Below are positions 1-9,297 of a stretch of 64,000 nucleotides of DNA, piece by piece. The notes under the pieces are model-generated. The model had not been told where the DNA came from. It did not search any database and was given only the letters and a program-made list of their open reading frames with translations. The stretch lies in the sequence record PQ471460.1; one strand, given 5' to 3'. The translations under genes were made by a program, and so were the position numbers. Position 1 is the first letter of the stretch. The number at the start of each line of letters is the position of its first letter. The stretch comes from Escherichia phage vB_EcoM_JE01.

Positions 1-584
1 AAACTGCTGCGATTTTAATTACCATTGCTAAGAAAGATTTCATTACAGCTGCAGAAGTTCGTGAGGTGCATCCAGATTTAGGTAATGCAGTAGTTAATAG
101 TAATATTGGGGTATTGATTAAAAAAGGCCTGGTGGAGAAATCTGGTGATGGATTAATCATTACTGGTGAAGCTCAGGATATTATTTCAAATGCGGCAACT
201 TTATACGCACAGGAAAACGCTCCTGAACTGCTGAAAAAACGAGCAACTCGTAAAGCTCGCGAGATTACTTCTGATATGGAAGAAGATAAAGACTTCATGT
301 TAAAACTTTTAGATGAAAATGGATTTGTTCTTAAAAAGGTTGAAACTTATCGTAGTAACTATCTCGCTATTTTAGAAAAACGCACTCACGGAATTCGTAA
401 TTTTGAAATTAACAACAATGGAAATATGCGAATTTTTGGATACAAAATGATGGAACATCATATTCAGAAATTTACTGATATCGGAATGTCATGTAAAATC
501 GCTAAAAACGGTAATGTGTATCTTGACATTAAACGCTCGGCTGAAAACATTGAAGCTGTAATCACCGTAGCATCTGAACTGTGA
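1..584 (+). CDS. motA: MotA middle-transcription activator, 5'-truncated at window edge
   Basis: Translation matches T4 MotA C-terminal ~195 aa (…VREVHPDLGNAVVNSNIGVLIKKGLVEKSGDG…ITVASEL); reading frame is open from position 3. Confidence 0.9.
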   Translation, partial: TAAILITIAKKDFITAAEVREVHPDLGNAVVNSNIGVLIKKGLVEKSGDGLIITGEAQDIISNAATLYAQENAPELLKKRATRKAREITSDMEEDKDFMLKLLDENGFVLKKVETYRSNYLAILEKRTHGIRNFEINNNGNMRIFGYKMMEHHIQKFTDIGMSCKIAKNGNVYLDIKRSAENIEAVITVASEL

Positions 585-594
585 GGAATAAATA

Positions 595-924
595 ATGAAC
601 AAGTTAGAAATTATCAATGAACTTCGTCGTTGTGCAGAACCCACTCAAGAGGGGTGGGATATCTGGTACCATGGAGCTTATCTTGGAACTATCGTAAAGA
701 TTAAGACTGGTAAATACATGATTATTCGTGAAAGTAAAGATGCTCCAGTAGGTATTCGCAATAATTTCATGGCAGCGATAAGTTCCTTTACGGATTCAGC
801 TTACGAAATTTACCTTGCTGATTATAAAGAATTCCAGGAATCTCAACCAGTTATTCGCTCAATTGGTGTTAACAAAGCTCAACAGAAAACTTTATGGCAG
901 CGTATTAAAGGATGGTTTAAATGA
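595..924 (+). CDS. hypothetical early protein (motA/arn accessory block)
   Basis: 109 aa ORF, ATGA-type overlap with next ORF; no recognisable motif. Confidence 0.5.
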   Translation: MNKLEIINELRRCAEPTQEGWDIWYHGAYLGTIVKIKTGKYMIIRESKDAPVGIRNNFMAAISSFTDSAYEIYLADYKEFQESQPVIRSIGVNKAQQKTLWQRIKGWFK

Positions 925-1382
925 ACCCATTTATTAATCGTTTAAAAATGCTGAATGTTCCTTTATCTCGTGAAACTCCAGAAAGTCTTGTTGAAAAATT
1001 TAAAGCGCATGGTTATAAATGCACAGAAGAAGATATTCTTACAGAAGTTCCTGAAATCTGTTGGCAGACTGCATACTGGGATGAAAACCAAAAGTATCAA
1101 CGACGAATTGTTTGCGCAGCCAACCGTTTTAAATTAAAAGATGGACGAACTCTTGTTATTCCAGGTGCTCGTCATTATTCTAAAGATATGGCAGAAGTTT
1201 TAGATGTAGTTAAACCTCAATTAGTTACTCAACAAGTTTGTGATGATGACCAAGGGTTTATTGACCAATATAGTAATTATTGGACACGTGAAGAAGCAAT
1301 GATTATTGCAACTTACGCTGGACAAGTACGTATTGAACGCGGTGGTAGTGAAAAAGAACTTTACTCTGAGGACCTTTACTAA
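921..1382 (+). CDS. hypothetical early protein
   Basis: 153 aa ORF in operon-like overlap chain. Confidence 0.5.
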   Translation: MNPFINRLKMLNVPLSRETPESLVEKFKAHGYKCTEEDILTEVPEICWQTAYWDENQKYQRRIVCAANRFKLKDGRTLVIPGARHYSKDMAEVLDVVKPQLVTQQVCDDDQGFIDQYSNYWTREEAMIIATYAGQVRIERGGSEKELYSEDLY

Positions 1383-1678
1383 TGAATATTAAAAAGTTTC
1401 AAATTGATGGAATTATGAATCAAATCCAGGCATTGGAATATGCCAATAAAATGATGTCAACCAATTGGGGAATTTATGCCAATGAACCGGCATTTCAGTT
1501 CTGTAATATGGAATTCACTAAAAAGCTCGTAGGAAAAGATTATGTATGTCCATTTAGTTCCCCAATAAATGGAATGCTAAAGCCTGCTTTACGCGATCTT
1601 TATATTGCGATGAACGAAGAGATGATAAAAGAACTAAAACGTCAACTAAAGGTGATTCAATTTGGCCAGGGAAATTAA
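1382..1678 (+). CDS. hypothetical early protein
   Basis: 98 aa ORF, start overlaps previous stop. Confidence 0.45.
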   Translation: MNIKKFQIDGIMNQIQALEYANKMMSTNWGIYANEPAFQFCNMEFTKKLVGKDYVCPFSSPINGMLKPALRDLYIAMNEEMIKELKRQLKVIQFGQGN

Positions 1679-1880
1679 TTCAAAATCCGATTATTTTAAT
1701 TCTCTCAATGATAAAGATAAAAATTTAATACGGCACTTTATCGTTGAGATGGGATATACTGACACACGTGATTTAAGAGAACATATATTTGAATGTGGTG
1801 TAGCTAAAAAGTTTTCATTCACATGCAAATGTTTAAGAGAGGTGATTCAGCACTATGAACAATTTAGTCGCAAAACATAA
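1662..1880 (+). CDS. hypothetical early protein
   Basis: 72 aa ORF. Confidence 0.4.
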   Translation: MAREINSKSDYFNSLNDKDKNLIRHFIVEMGYTDTRDLREHIFECGVAKKFSFTCKCLREVIQHYEQFSRKT

Positions 1881-1963
1881 TTTTAATAAAGCTTCTGTTC
1901 ATAAAGATAAGAAGAAAGCGTTTAAAGAATCTAATCGCAAACAGAAACATAAGGGGAAGGTCT

Positions 1964-2242
1964 ATGATTATTGATTCTCAATCTGTGGTTCAATATACAA
2001 TCAAAATTGATATTCTAGAAAAGCTATATAAGTTTCTACCAAATTTATACCACTCAATTGTTAATGAATTAGTTGAAGAACTACATCTTGAGAATAATGA
2101 TTTCTTGGTTGGAACTTATAAAGACCTCTCAAAAGCAGGATATTTTTACGTAATTCCAGCTCCAGGAAAAAGTATTGATGATGTATTAAAAACTATAATG
2201 ATTTACGTCCATGATTACGAAATTGAAGATTATTTCGAATGA
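1964..2242 (+). CDS. arn: Arn-like anti-restriction protein (92 aa, position matches T4 arn)
   Basis: 92 aa ORF immediately upstream of asiA as in T4; assignment by size and synteny only. Confidence 0.5.
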   Translation: MIIDSQSVVQYTIKIDILEKLYKFLPNLYHSIVNELVEELHLENNDFLVGTYKDLSKAGYFYVIPAPGKSIDDVLKTIMIYVHDYEIEDYFE

Positions 2243-2391
2243 GTCATAATCTTGAAAAGGTAATCGAGCATAATGTAGCTCAGGAACGTGAGTCGTTCAA
2301 GGAATTCGTAGAAAAAATTTTTGAAGAAAATAACACAGACCAGTTTACAAATCAAACGTCTGATGATATTATAATAAAGTCAACTAATTGA
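2239..2391 (+). CDS. small hypothetical protein (50 aa), translationally coupled to arn
   Basis: ATG overlaps arn stop (ATGA); below the 60 aa cutoff of the ORF track; read directly from sequence. Confidence 0.3.
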   Translation: MSHNLEKVIEHNVAQERESFKEFVEKIFEENNTDQFTNQTSDDIIIKSTN

Positions 2392-2403
2392 GTGGTATAG
2401 TTA

Positions 2404-2676
2404 ATGAATAAAAACATTGATACAGTTCGTGAAATTATTACTGTTGCGTCTATTTTGATTAAATTTTCCAGAGAAGATATTGTTGAGAATCGTGCTAATT
2501 TTATCGCATTTCTGAATGAGATTGGAGTAACGCATGAAGGTAGAAAGTTAAATCAGAATTCATTCCGTAAAATTGTTTCTGAATTAACCCAAGAAGATAA
2601 GAAAACCCTCATCGACGAATTCAACGAGGGTTTTGAGGGTGTATATCGATATCTAGAGATGTATACAAACAAATAA
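2404..2676 (+). CDS. asiA: AsiA anti-sigma70 factor
   Basis: 90 aa, MNKNIDTVREIITVASILIKFSRED… matches T4 AsiA. Confidence 0.9.
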   Translation: MNKNIDTVREIITVASILIKFSREDIVENRANFIAFLNEIGVTHEGRKLNQNSFRKIVSELTQEDKKTLIDEFNEGFEGVYRYLEMYTNK

Positions 2677-3333
2677 TTATTTAGCCCTTCCTAATATTCT
2701 GGCCGCCTGAGAACATATTGATTCAAGGCGGTCATTACTTATATGATCATTTCTATACCAGTACATGGTTATCGTTCCAGCATAGATATTATCCAAATTA
2801 AAATATGGACAACTGTACATGTAGTTTATTTCGGGAGTAGGCTTTTTAGTTGGTAAAAAAGCAAATTTTGAGTTGGAATAATAATGACGTCCATTTAAAT
2901 GAACTGTATATTCATCCATAGTTTTATCAACAGGATATCCTCCAAGTGATTTTTCGCTTATTGTTGAAGGTAATTTTCCTTCATATGCTATAATATCAAC
3001 AAAATAGTTTAAGTTTTTAGGGCGGAAAGAATACACCGCACTAAAGTCTGCCTCAGATGATATATGAACTATCTGGAGTTGTTCCAGGGCGACAGATTCA
3101 AAGCGTGCATTTCTTTCCTTTTCAATAATTTCACTGTATGTTTCATACTTTGATTGCTTATAGTACTCAAAGAAACTATCTCCCCTATACCAAACAATCG
3201 CCATTATAAACAAAAGAATTACGACAGCTACTCGGGAAGCAAGAACCTTCCCGGTAGCGTTATCTTTGAACAAGCGATCTAGAACACCCAACAGAATATC
3301 AGAGGGCGAAAATGATATTCTAGGTGCTGCCAT
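2677..3333 (-). CDS. t: holin T
   Basis: 218 aa, single N-terminal TMD plus large periplasmic domain, matches T4 holin. Confidence 0.92.
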   Translation of the reverse strand: MAAPRISFSPSDILLGVLDRLFKDNATGKVLASRVAVVILLFIMAIVWYRGDSFFEYYKQSKYETYSEIIEKERNARFESVALEQLQIVHISSEADFSAVYSFRPKNLNYFVDIIAYEGKLPSTISEKSLGGYPVDKTMDEYTVHLNGRHYYSNSKFAFLPTKKPTPEINYMYSCPYFNLDNIYAGTITMYWYRNDHISNDRLESICSQAARILGRAK

Positions 3334-3363
3334 AGACCCTCCTTTTAAGGATATTTATTCAAA

Positions 3364-4143
3364 TTATACTCTTGGACCATATATTGCTCCAACGTTTTGC
3401 CATGTCGGTGTAGACCCTATGACGGCATAACCAGCAGCACCACCGTTATATTCTGTACCGTTCCCATGAATATTACATCTACCTCCTGCTGAGCCAACTT
3501 CACCGCCATTCCCGCCTGTATATACCCAAAGAGACCCCTCACCGACAGATCCTGCACCCGGAGCGGAAATGGTGCCAGCGGTTGCACCAGCACCCATATG
3601 AGAGGAAGACCCGCCAGCACCGAATGGGCGACCACCACCACCACCAAATGATAGTCTACCGTAGTTACCGCCGCCGCCACCGCCACCGCCGCCTGCAATA
3701 GCTCCACCATTATTAATTCTTAGTCTCCCACCAATATCGTTTTGAATACAATGACCTCCAGCTGAGCCAGGACTATTGCTACCGCCATTACCGCCACGTC
3801 CATACATCGTTACGCCGTGTATATTCAACTGAACATATTCATTCGGTGTATCTCCGTACATGAAGAATAAAGGAACATCTTTAGAATATGATACTAAATC
3901 TCCAGTGATATTAAACACTATAGGTGTACTACCTGCCTCAAAACATCTATCTCGGAACCATTGACCATTGAAGTTATGGTCTGCTCCAAGCGTGTGAATA
4001 ATTTCTCTTGAGCGACCTGCAAATTGACTCATCCAGCAAGGAACACCCAATCTTAATTGACCAGCTGCTTGACTCATCCAGCGCTGACCCGTTTCATTTA
4101 CGGCTGAACTTCCAATCCAGCCAGGAACTCCAACTACTGCCAT
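3364..4143 (-). CDS. 38: gp38 receptor-recognising adhesin, T2/T6 type (glycine-rich motifs)
   Basis: 259 aa; N-terminus [22 protein letters not shown]… and poly-Gly motifs typical of T2-type gp38. Confidence 0.9.
   Translation of the reverse strand: MAVVGVPGWIGSSAVNETGQRWMSQAAGQLRLGVPCWMSQFAGRSREIIHTLGADHNFNGQWFRDRCFEAGSTPIVFNITGDLVSYSKDVPLFFMYGDTPNEYVQLNIHGVTMYGRGGNGGSNSPGSAGGHCIQNDIGGRLRINNGGAIAGGGGGGGGGNYGRLSFGGGGGRPFGAGGSSSHMGAGATAGTISAPGAGSVGEGSLWVYTGGNGGEVGSAGGRCNIHGNGTEYNGGAAGYAVIGSTPTWQNVGAIYGPRV
3630..3700 (-). repeat. poly-glycine codon repeat (GGN)n within gp38
   Basis: ccaccaccaccacc…gccgccgccaccgccaccgccgcc on + strand, encoding the GGGGGGGGG motif. Confidence 0.8.
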
Positions 4144-4158
4144 AATTTATACTCCAAA

Positions 4159-4173
4159 GGGGGCATTTCCCCC
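4159..4173 (-). promoter_or_regulatory. intercistronic hairpin between gene 37 stop and gene 38 SD/start
   Basis: GGGGGcatttCCCCC followed (on - strand) by GGAG and the gp38 ATG. Confidence 0.5.
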
Positions 4174-4179
4174 TTGTTG

Positions 4180-7100
4180 TTAGAATTTAAAATATTTACT
4201 AATTTTGCGAGCAATTTTAGTAAAGAGAGGCGTTTTCAATTCTTTAATTTCTTCACTCATTTCCTGAATAGCCTTAATTAAAAGCGCGTTCACAGCAGAG
4301 TTAGAAATTGTTAAAATTTCTTCCGGGTTATCCTGAGATCCGACACTAGAAGTGCTAACAGCTTCCGGTAATACTTCTTGCAAATCCTGTGCGATAATAC
4401 CAATCTCATGGCCGATAACTTCGCGGTCAGAAAGAGATTTAACTTTATCATAGGTTTTAACTTTGAGTTTATTTACCTTATCCACCGCATTTTCTTCGTA
4501 ATCTTCAACATTAATTTTCAGACGACGATCGGAACGAATATAAACATCGTTAAAGTTTCCGTTACCAGTGGCATGAAATTCTCCACTTGCATGGAATTGA
4601 TAATCAGCACCCTGAACATGAAGAACCGCTGCCGCAGTATTATTACTATCACCGGGACAATGAACGTCCATAGCAGCGATGTAGTTACGCCCCCAATCAA
4701 CCGCTTTCCAAATAGCATGAGCACTATCAACGCTTTGTTGACAGTCAACCAACAAACCAGCAGGTCGGTCTCTCCATGCAACATATGCACCACCAGAAAC
4801 CTCACCACGGATAAGTCCTTGATCTGCGGCATAAGGAACACGCCCTTCCAGTTGAATCATTGCGCCCTTAAAGTGATGACTAAATGGTCCACCGTGGTTA
4901 TTGCGAATATGTAAAATACCCTCATCTGTAGCCCAGATAACAGCCTTTTCTGCCTCGCTATCATCTCTAAACCAGACGCGGCGAGCACCAGCAGAGTTTT
5001 TGATAGTAATCCCGGAAGGTCCATGCACAGTAAAAGCGCCAGCAACATCAAACATCAAACTGTTATCTGTCCTACGTTCAGTATAGAAGTGATAACCTTT
5101 GGAATCACCGACTTCCATCACTGCCGAGCGACCAACTTCTGAATTTCCCCAATTATTGATATGGAATTGTTCAGAGCTATTATTCATCTGATTTAGGTAT
5201 AATGCACCATCAGTAAATGTTTCGCCAAAGAAACGAGTTTTAATTGCACCTGTCGCTAAAGTACGTTCAGTGGAAAAATGAGCGCCTTGACTATCTTCTA
5301 ACTGGATGATGTTATCACGAGCATTATTACTATCACCCCAATGGTTAAATTTAAAATAATCTCGTGATCCTAAACGTCCGGCGTCAAAAGTCATCACGCC
5401 TTTCATGTTAATATCACCGTCGACCAGAACATTATCCGGGAAGTTAACAGTACCGTCTTGATTAAAACGAGACGTATGGCCTTGTGAACCATCTTCTTTC
5501 AGATGATGAATAACGAATGTACCTGAACTAATCTCAGTACCTAAAGACCAAACGGCTTTACCATTTAAAAACTTCTGTTTAACAATAGGATAATATTTGC
5601 TTATAGCATCATCATCAATTTCCTGGAAAATAGGAGCCGCTTGAGCATATTGAATGTCATAACCACCAGCGCCTGCGCCATGACCAGTAAATTTAATATA
5701 GCCGTTTGCTGCGAACGTATTGTAACTTGATTGTAAATCTGGAATAGTAACTTTACCGGTATCTAAAGCCATACTAAACGGGCGAAGTGGACCGATATCG
5801 CCATGTTTACCTTCACCATAAGCAGTTGGAATAATATGAAGACTTCCTTCTGAACGTCTAAAAATGGCTCCATAATCTGCGTTCCAAATACGAAGAGCAT
5901 TCACTGCTCCAGATGAAATTTCACCTGTTGTGTGAACTCCTCTATCTCCAGCAGTAACACCAGATGATTCAAATGAACCATTAACGTTCATTTCTACTTC
6001 GCCAGTAGTAAGTCTTTGAATATAGCTCATCCAGCTAGTTGCATCAGAAATTTCCATAATGTTTTTACGGATACCTCCGCTTGGATCAACAAACGTATTA
6101 CCCCAAACTTTAATATCCATATTATCAACCGAGCTGTATCCTGTTGTGTTACCTCTAAACATCAGCGTAGAAGAATTATTACGACCATCAATATTAACAG
6201 AACCACCAATAACGTCAATATTACCAGGAGTGACTAACAAACCGCCGTGAGTATTAATGTTTGTAGTACCTTTACCACGGAAATAGTGATGATAATTACC
6301 GCCTTGGTAATATCCTAAAAGAGTTTGACCATCTCCAAACGCGTTATTATCGTGATATGTCACGACAGTAGCAAGAGCATAGTTTTCAGTTGGAGGAGTC
6401 GTTAAATCGGTTCCGTTAGTAGAATATCCAGCTACAAATTTTCTTAGGCTAGTTGTTTCACTAGGACTAAATAAAAATGTTTTCGTTCCATTATTGACGC
6501 TGAAATAATATCCATCCTGATGCCATTTAAATCCAGTATCATTATCTCCAAGAGAAATTGAAGCAGTCCCTAATTCAGAATATCCTTTAGAGCCACCTGG
6601 AAGACCTATAGAAACAGAATGGCCTGCTTTCAATCCACCAGACCAGGTAAACGACCAAAGATAGGCATCTAACCCGTCACCAGCGTACCAGGTTATCCCG
6701 TCGTTATCTTTAACTTCATGGAATATACCAGATCCTACGGCATTTCGCATAACACGGAGGTGGTTAATAGCCGTTTCGCTTTCTGCCAATGGAGTGTTAT
6801 TTGCTAATGAATAGATATCATAATCGCCTGTCTTCTTCCCATTTGTAATAACTTTATCGGTCAGAATTTGTGGAGACGAAATAGATTTCCATGCTGATAC
6901 TTCAGGTGAAGTAAATAGGCCACTACCTGAAAATGCATAGGTGCTTTCACTTCCTGCAGCATAATCTTGAACCCTGATATTAAGTACTTGTGTAGTTAAT
7001 CCATCATTAGCCGGGGCATAAATGATTCCGCGTTCGCGGTTATTGCCATCGAAAAAACGAACATGTGATGTACCTGAACTTTTTGTAATAAGTTCTCCAC

Positions 7101-7422
7101 CCTCAGTCATAATCTGCCCGGCAGCAATAATATCGCGAGTTACTCGAGCAATACCAGTTAAATTAAAATTACCTGTCTGAGTGAAAGTGCCATTTAAAGT
7201 ATAATCACCAGTTTGATTATAGTTTCCTATATGAATAACATTCCCGTCAATGCTACCACCTTTAGCAAAACCAAGATCAATGATATTTCCTTGGTCGTCT
7301 TTAGTAAAAAGTACGCGGTCTTTTAAGTTTATAGCCAATTCACCTTCGGCTAATACTGAAGCGGCAGGACGTGCTCCTGCAGTTTTGCTTCTTTTAAATT
7401 GTATTTGTTTTAAAGTAGCCAT
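4180..7422 (-). CDS. 37: gp37 long tail fibre distal subunit
   Basis: 1080 aa; conserved N-terminus and position upstream of gp38. Confidence 0.92.
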   Translation of the reverse strand: MATLKQIQFKRSKTAGARPAASVLAEGELAINLKDRVLFTKDDQGNIIDLGFAKGGSIDGNVIHIGNYNQTGDYTLNGTFTQTGNFNLTGIARVTRDIIAAGQIMTEGGELITKSSGTSHVRFFDGNNRERGIIYAPANDGLTTQVLNIRVQDYAAGSESTYAFSGSGLFTSPEVSAWKSISSPQILTDKVITNGKKTGDYDIYSLANNTPLAESETAINHLRVMRNAVGSGIFHEVKDNDGITWYAGDGLDAYLWSFTWSGGLKAGHSVSIGLPGGSKGYSELGTASISLGDNDTGFKWHQDGYYFSVNNGTKTFLFSPSETTSLRKFVAGYSTNGTDLTTPPTENYALATVVTYHDNNAFGDGQTLLGYYQGGNYHHYFRGKGTTNINTHGGLLVTPGNIDVIGGSVNIDGRNNSSTLMFRGNTTGYSSVDNMDIKVWGNTFVDPSGGIRKNIMEISDATSWMSYIQRLTTGEVEMNVNGSFESSGVTAGDRGVHTTGEISSGAVNALRIWNADYGAIFRRSEGSLHIIPTAYGEGKHGDIGPLRPFSMALDTGKVTIPDLQSSYNTFAANGYIKFTGHGAGAGGYDIQYAQAAPIFQEIDDDAISKYYPIVKQKFLNGKAVWSLGTEISSGTFVIHHLKEDGSQGHTSRFNQDGTVNFPDNVLVDGDINMKGVMTFDAGRLGSRDYFKFNHWGDSNNARDNIIQLEDSQGAHFSTERTLATGAIKTRFFGETFTDGALYLNQMNNSSEQFHINNWGNSEVGRSAVMEVGDSKGYHFYTERRTDNSLMFDVAGAFTVHGPSGITIKNSAGARRVWFRDDSEAEKAVIWATDEGILHIRNNHGGPFSHHFKGAMIQLEGRVPYAADQGLIRGEVSGGAYVAWRDRPAGLLVDCQQSVDSAHAIWKAVDWGRNYIAAMDVHCPGDSNNTAAAVLHVQGADYQFHASGEFHATGNGNFNDVYIRSDRRLKINVEDYEENAVDKVNKLKVKTYDKVKSLSDREVIGHEIGIIAQDLQEVLPEAVSTSSVGSQDNPEEILTISNSAVNALLIKAIQEMSEEIKELKTPLFTKIARKISKYFKF

Positions 7423-7430
7423 AAGTCCTC

Positions 7431-8108
7431 TTAATAATAGCCGAAATCTTGAACAGAATCCTTAATAACAATTTGATCAAATCGTGGAACATGTGAGGGT
7501 TGAGATGCAGGATTCTGTGAAAAAAGGTTTGGCGCAGTTAAATTTCCTGTCATAGTATCTCCAGAGCGTAATACCCTAGAGTTTGCGTTTACTGTAACAA
7601 TATTTATTGCTCCATCAACATAATCTTTACGAGTAAGATCGTTAACCGCAACAGGTGCAGCCATGTCTGAACGAACTTGTCCAGAGGCGTAAACACCGCC
7701 TTTAGTATTAATTGTGCCTGTACGAGTATTAATGGATATCGTATATCCTGAATTACCTAATGAAGATTTAAATCCAACACCATACCAAGAAACGATATCT
7801 AGGTTGTTTGCTGTAAAATCGGCCCCATCATCAACTCCAGGAAAAATACCATTAATGTTCCCTGTTTGAATTACGCCGTCTTTAGAAAACGGGATTTGTA
7901 CACCTGCATTAAATGATACTTTGTTTAAATATGTGCCACCTGATGCTTTAGAAACGAAATCGTTATCAGCAGCTTGTGGTTTATTGTATTCTGAATATAT
8001 TTTAAATGATTTATAGAGTACATCGTCACCGGCTGGATTCAATGGAAAATTTCCTTGATGCCAAATGACAGAGCCTCCTGTTGTTGAACCTACTTTTAAA
8101 TCAGCCAT
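7431..8108 (-). CDS. 36: gp36 long tail fibre hinge connector
   Basis: 225 aa, synteny 35-36-37. Confidence 0.85.
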   Translation of the reverse strand: MADLKVGSTTGGSVIWHQGNFPLNPAGDDVLYKSFKIYSEYNKPQAADNDFVSKASGGTYLNKVSFNAGVQIPFSKDGVIQTGNINGIFPGVDDGADFTANNLDIVSWYGVGFKSSLGNSGYTISINTRTGTINTKGGVYASGQVRSDMAAPVAVNDLTRKDYVDGAINIVTVNANSRVLRSGDTMTGNLTAPNLFSQNPASQPSHVPRFDQIVIKDSVQDFGYY

Positions 8109-8131
8109 TGTATGCCCCTTTATTTTAATAG

Positions 8132-8139
8132 TATTTATA
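8132..8139 (-). promoter_or_regulatory. T4-type late promoter (TATAAATA) for gene 36
   Basis: tatttata on + strand is TATAAATA on -, about 25 nt upstream of the gene 36 start. Confidence 0.6.
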
Positions 8140-8146
8140 AAGAAAA

Positions 8147-8166
8147 AGGGAACCCGAAGGCTCCCT
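8147..8166 (-). terminator. hairpin terminator after gene 35
   Basis: GGGAGCC-UUCG-GGUUCCC stem-loop followed by a U-run on the - strand transcript. Confidence 0.55.
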
Positions 8167-8170
8167 CAAT

Positions 8171-9289
8171 TTATACTTCTCTAAATTCTTGCCCAAACAC
8201 TTTACCAGTTTTAGACGATGCTTGTGTAGGAAGTACCATTATATCCGGAGGTGAAGCAGATTCACAGATATAATTAACACGAATACCGTTGACGCCAAAT
8301 TCAGCAGGTTTTGAAATGCCGCCATTTCTTGATACTTCAGAAAAGCTTAAATTTCTCATGCCTCCTTGACCTGCTTGGGCAGTTCTTTGTGCATATATCG
8401 TAAATCCTACCGCATTTTCAGGAACAACTACATAGTCTTCCTTTAATTCCCATGACCCAGCTTGACCAGTAAACTCAGCATATGTTGAAGAAATATATCC
8501 ATCCGATTCATTATAAAATCTAATGGATATATTCGTAGTTCCAAGAGCAAGTAAATCGGCATCAGCATATAGTTGTGCTTTAAGATAAAGAACATCGCCT
8601 GGAATTAAATTATAATCAGATAATTTACTTATAGCAGCTGAAGTTGGTAGACGTGCAATTTCGTTATTAGTTCCACCAACCGCTGACATAAACTGCTCAA
8701 CGCTTTCATATGTTCTTCTTGGAAACCCGGTAGCTCCGACGTCTTCTAAACTGTCAAATACAACATCTAAAACAGTTTGATAATCATCTGTGCTTTTTCT
8801 ATTGCTTAATTTAACATGCTCTAATGCGATAGCTCTTTTAGAAGAAGTATAAAAAGCAGCATATGATACGTCGAATCTTGACAATACAGAGTCAGATGGA
8901 AAAGCAGACGTTCCAGCGGCTCTTAGCCAAGATGCTACTTCAGGAGGAAAATTAACCTTTCCGTTAGTTAATATAGCAACAATTCGATTATTCGTCAAAG
9001 AATTCATGAAACTAACAAAGGCAGCTGATGTAGTATCATTTGAAGTCGAAAAAGCATATGACTTACTATCAACTAATGCTCCGGTGGAAGGGTCAAAAAC
9101 TCTTAAATGAAGGCCTGCGCTAAATGTTTGACTTCCTACAGGATTATCCTGAAATTTAACGTATGGTCCTTCTGCAGTAGAAAGCGGGCAAGAACCCGCT
9201 ATACTTATTTTGTATCTTACTGAATTGCTTTCCGATAAAAATGGCGTTTGGACATATCCTTGTCCAAACTCTGCCATAAATTTTTCCAT
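8171..9289 (-). CDS. 35: gp35 long tail fibre hinge protein
   Basis: 372 aa, same length as T4 gp35, synteny. Confidence 0.85.
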   Translation of the reverse strand: MEKFMAEFGQGYVQTPFLSESNSVRYKISIAGSCPLSTAEGPYVKFQDNPVGSQTFSAGLHLRVFDPSTGALVDSKSYAFSTSNDTTSAAFVSFMNSLTNNRIVAILTNGKVNFPPEVASWLRAAGTSAFPSDSVLSRFDVSYAAFYTSSKRAIALEHVKLSNRKSTDDYQTVLDVVFDSLEDVGATGFPRRTYESVEQFMSAVGGTNNEIARLPTSAAISKLSDYNLIPGDVLYLKAQLYADADLLALGTTNISIRFYNESDGYISSTYAEFTGQAGSWELKEDYVVVPENAVGFTIYAQRTAQAGQGGMRNLSFSEVSRNGGISKPAEFGVNGIRVNYICESASPPDIMVLPTQASSKTGKVFGQEFREV

Positions 9290-9297
9290 AATACCTC

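Noticed and set aside
955-1137. 60-aa ORF in alternate frame within the 153-aa ORF at 921-1382
   Set aside because: Nested in a longer ORF with operon-style coupling; no independent start signals.
3417-3710. 97-aa ORF on the - strand inside gene 38
   Set aside because: Alternate frame within the GC-rich poly-Gly region of gp38; low-complexity Val/Ala-rich artefact of the (GGN)n repeat.
4378-6250. Several + strand ORFs (178, 61, 73, 63 aa) and - strand ORFs (107, 64 aa) within gene 37
   Set aside because: All lie inside or antisense to the 1080-aa gp37 coding sequence; no start signals; typical long-gene shadow ORFs.
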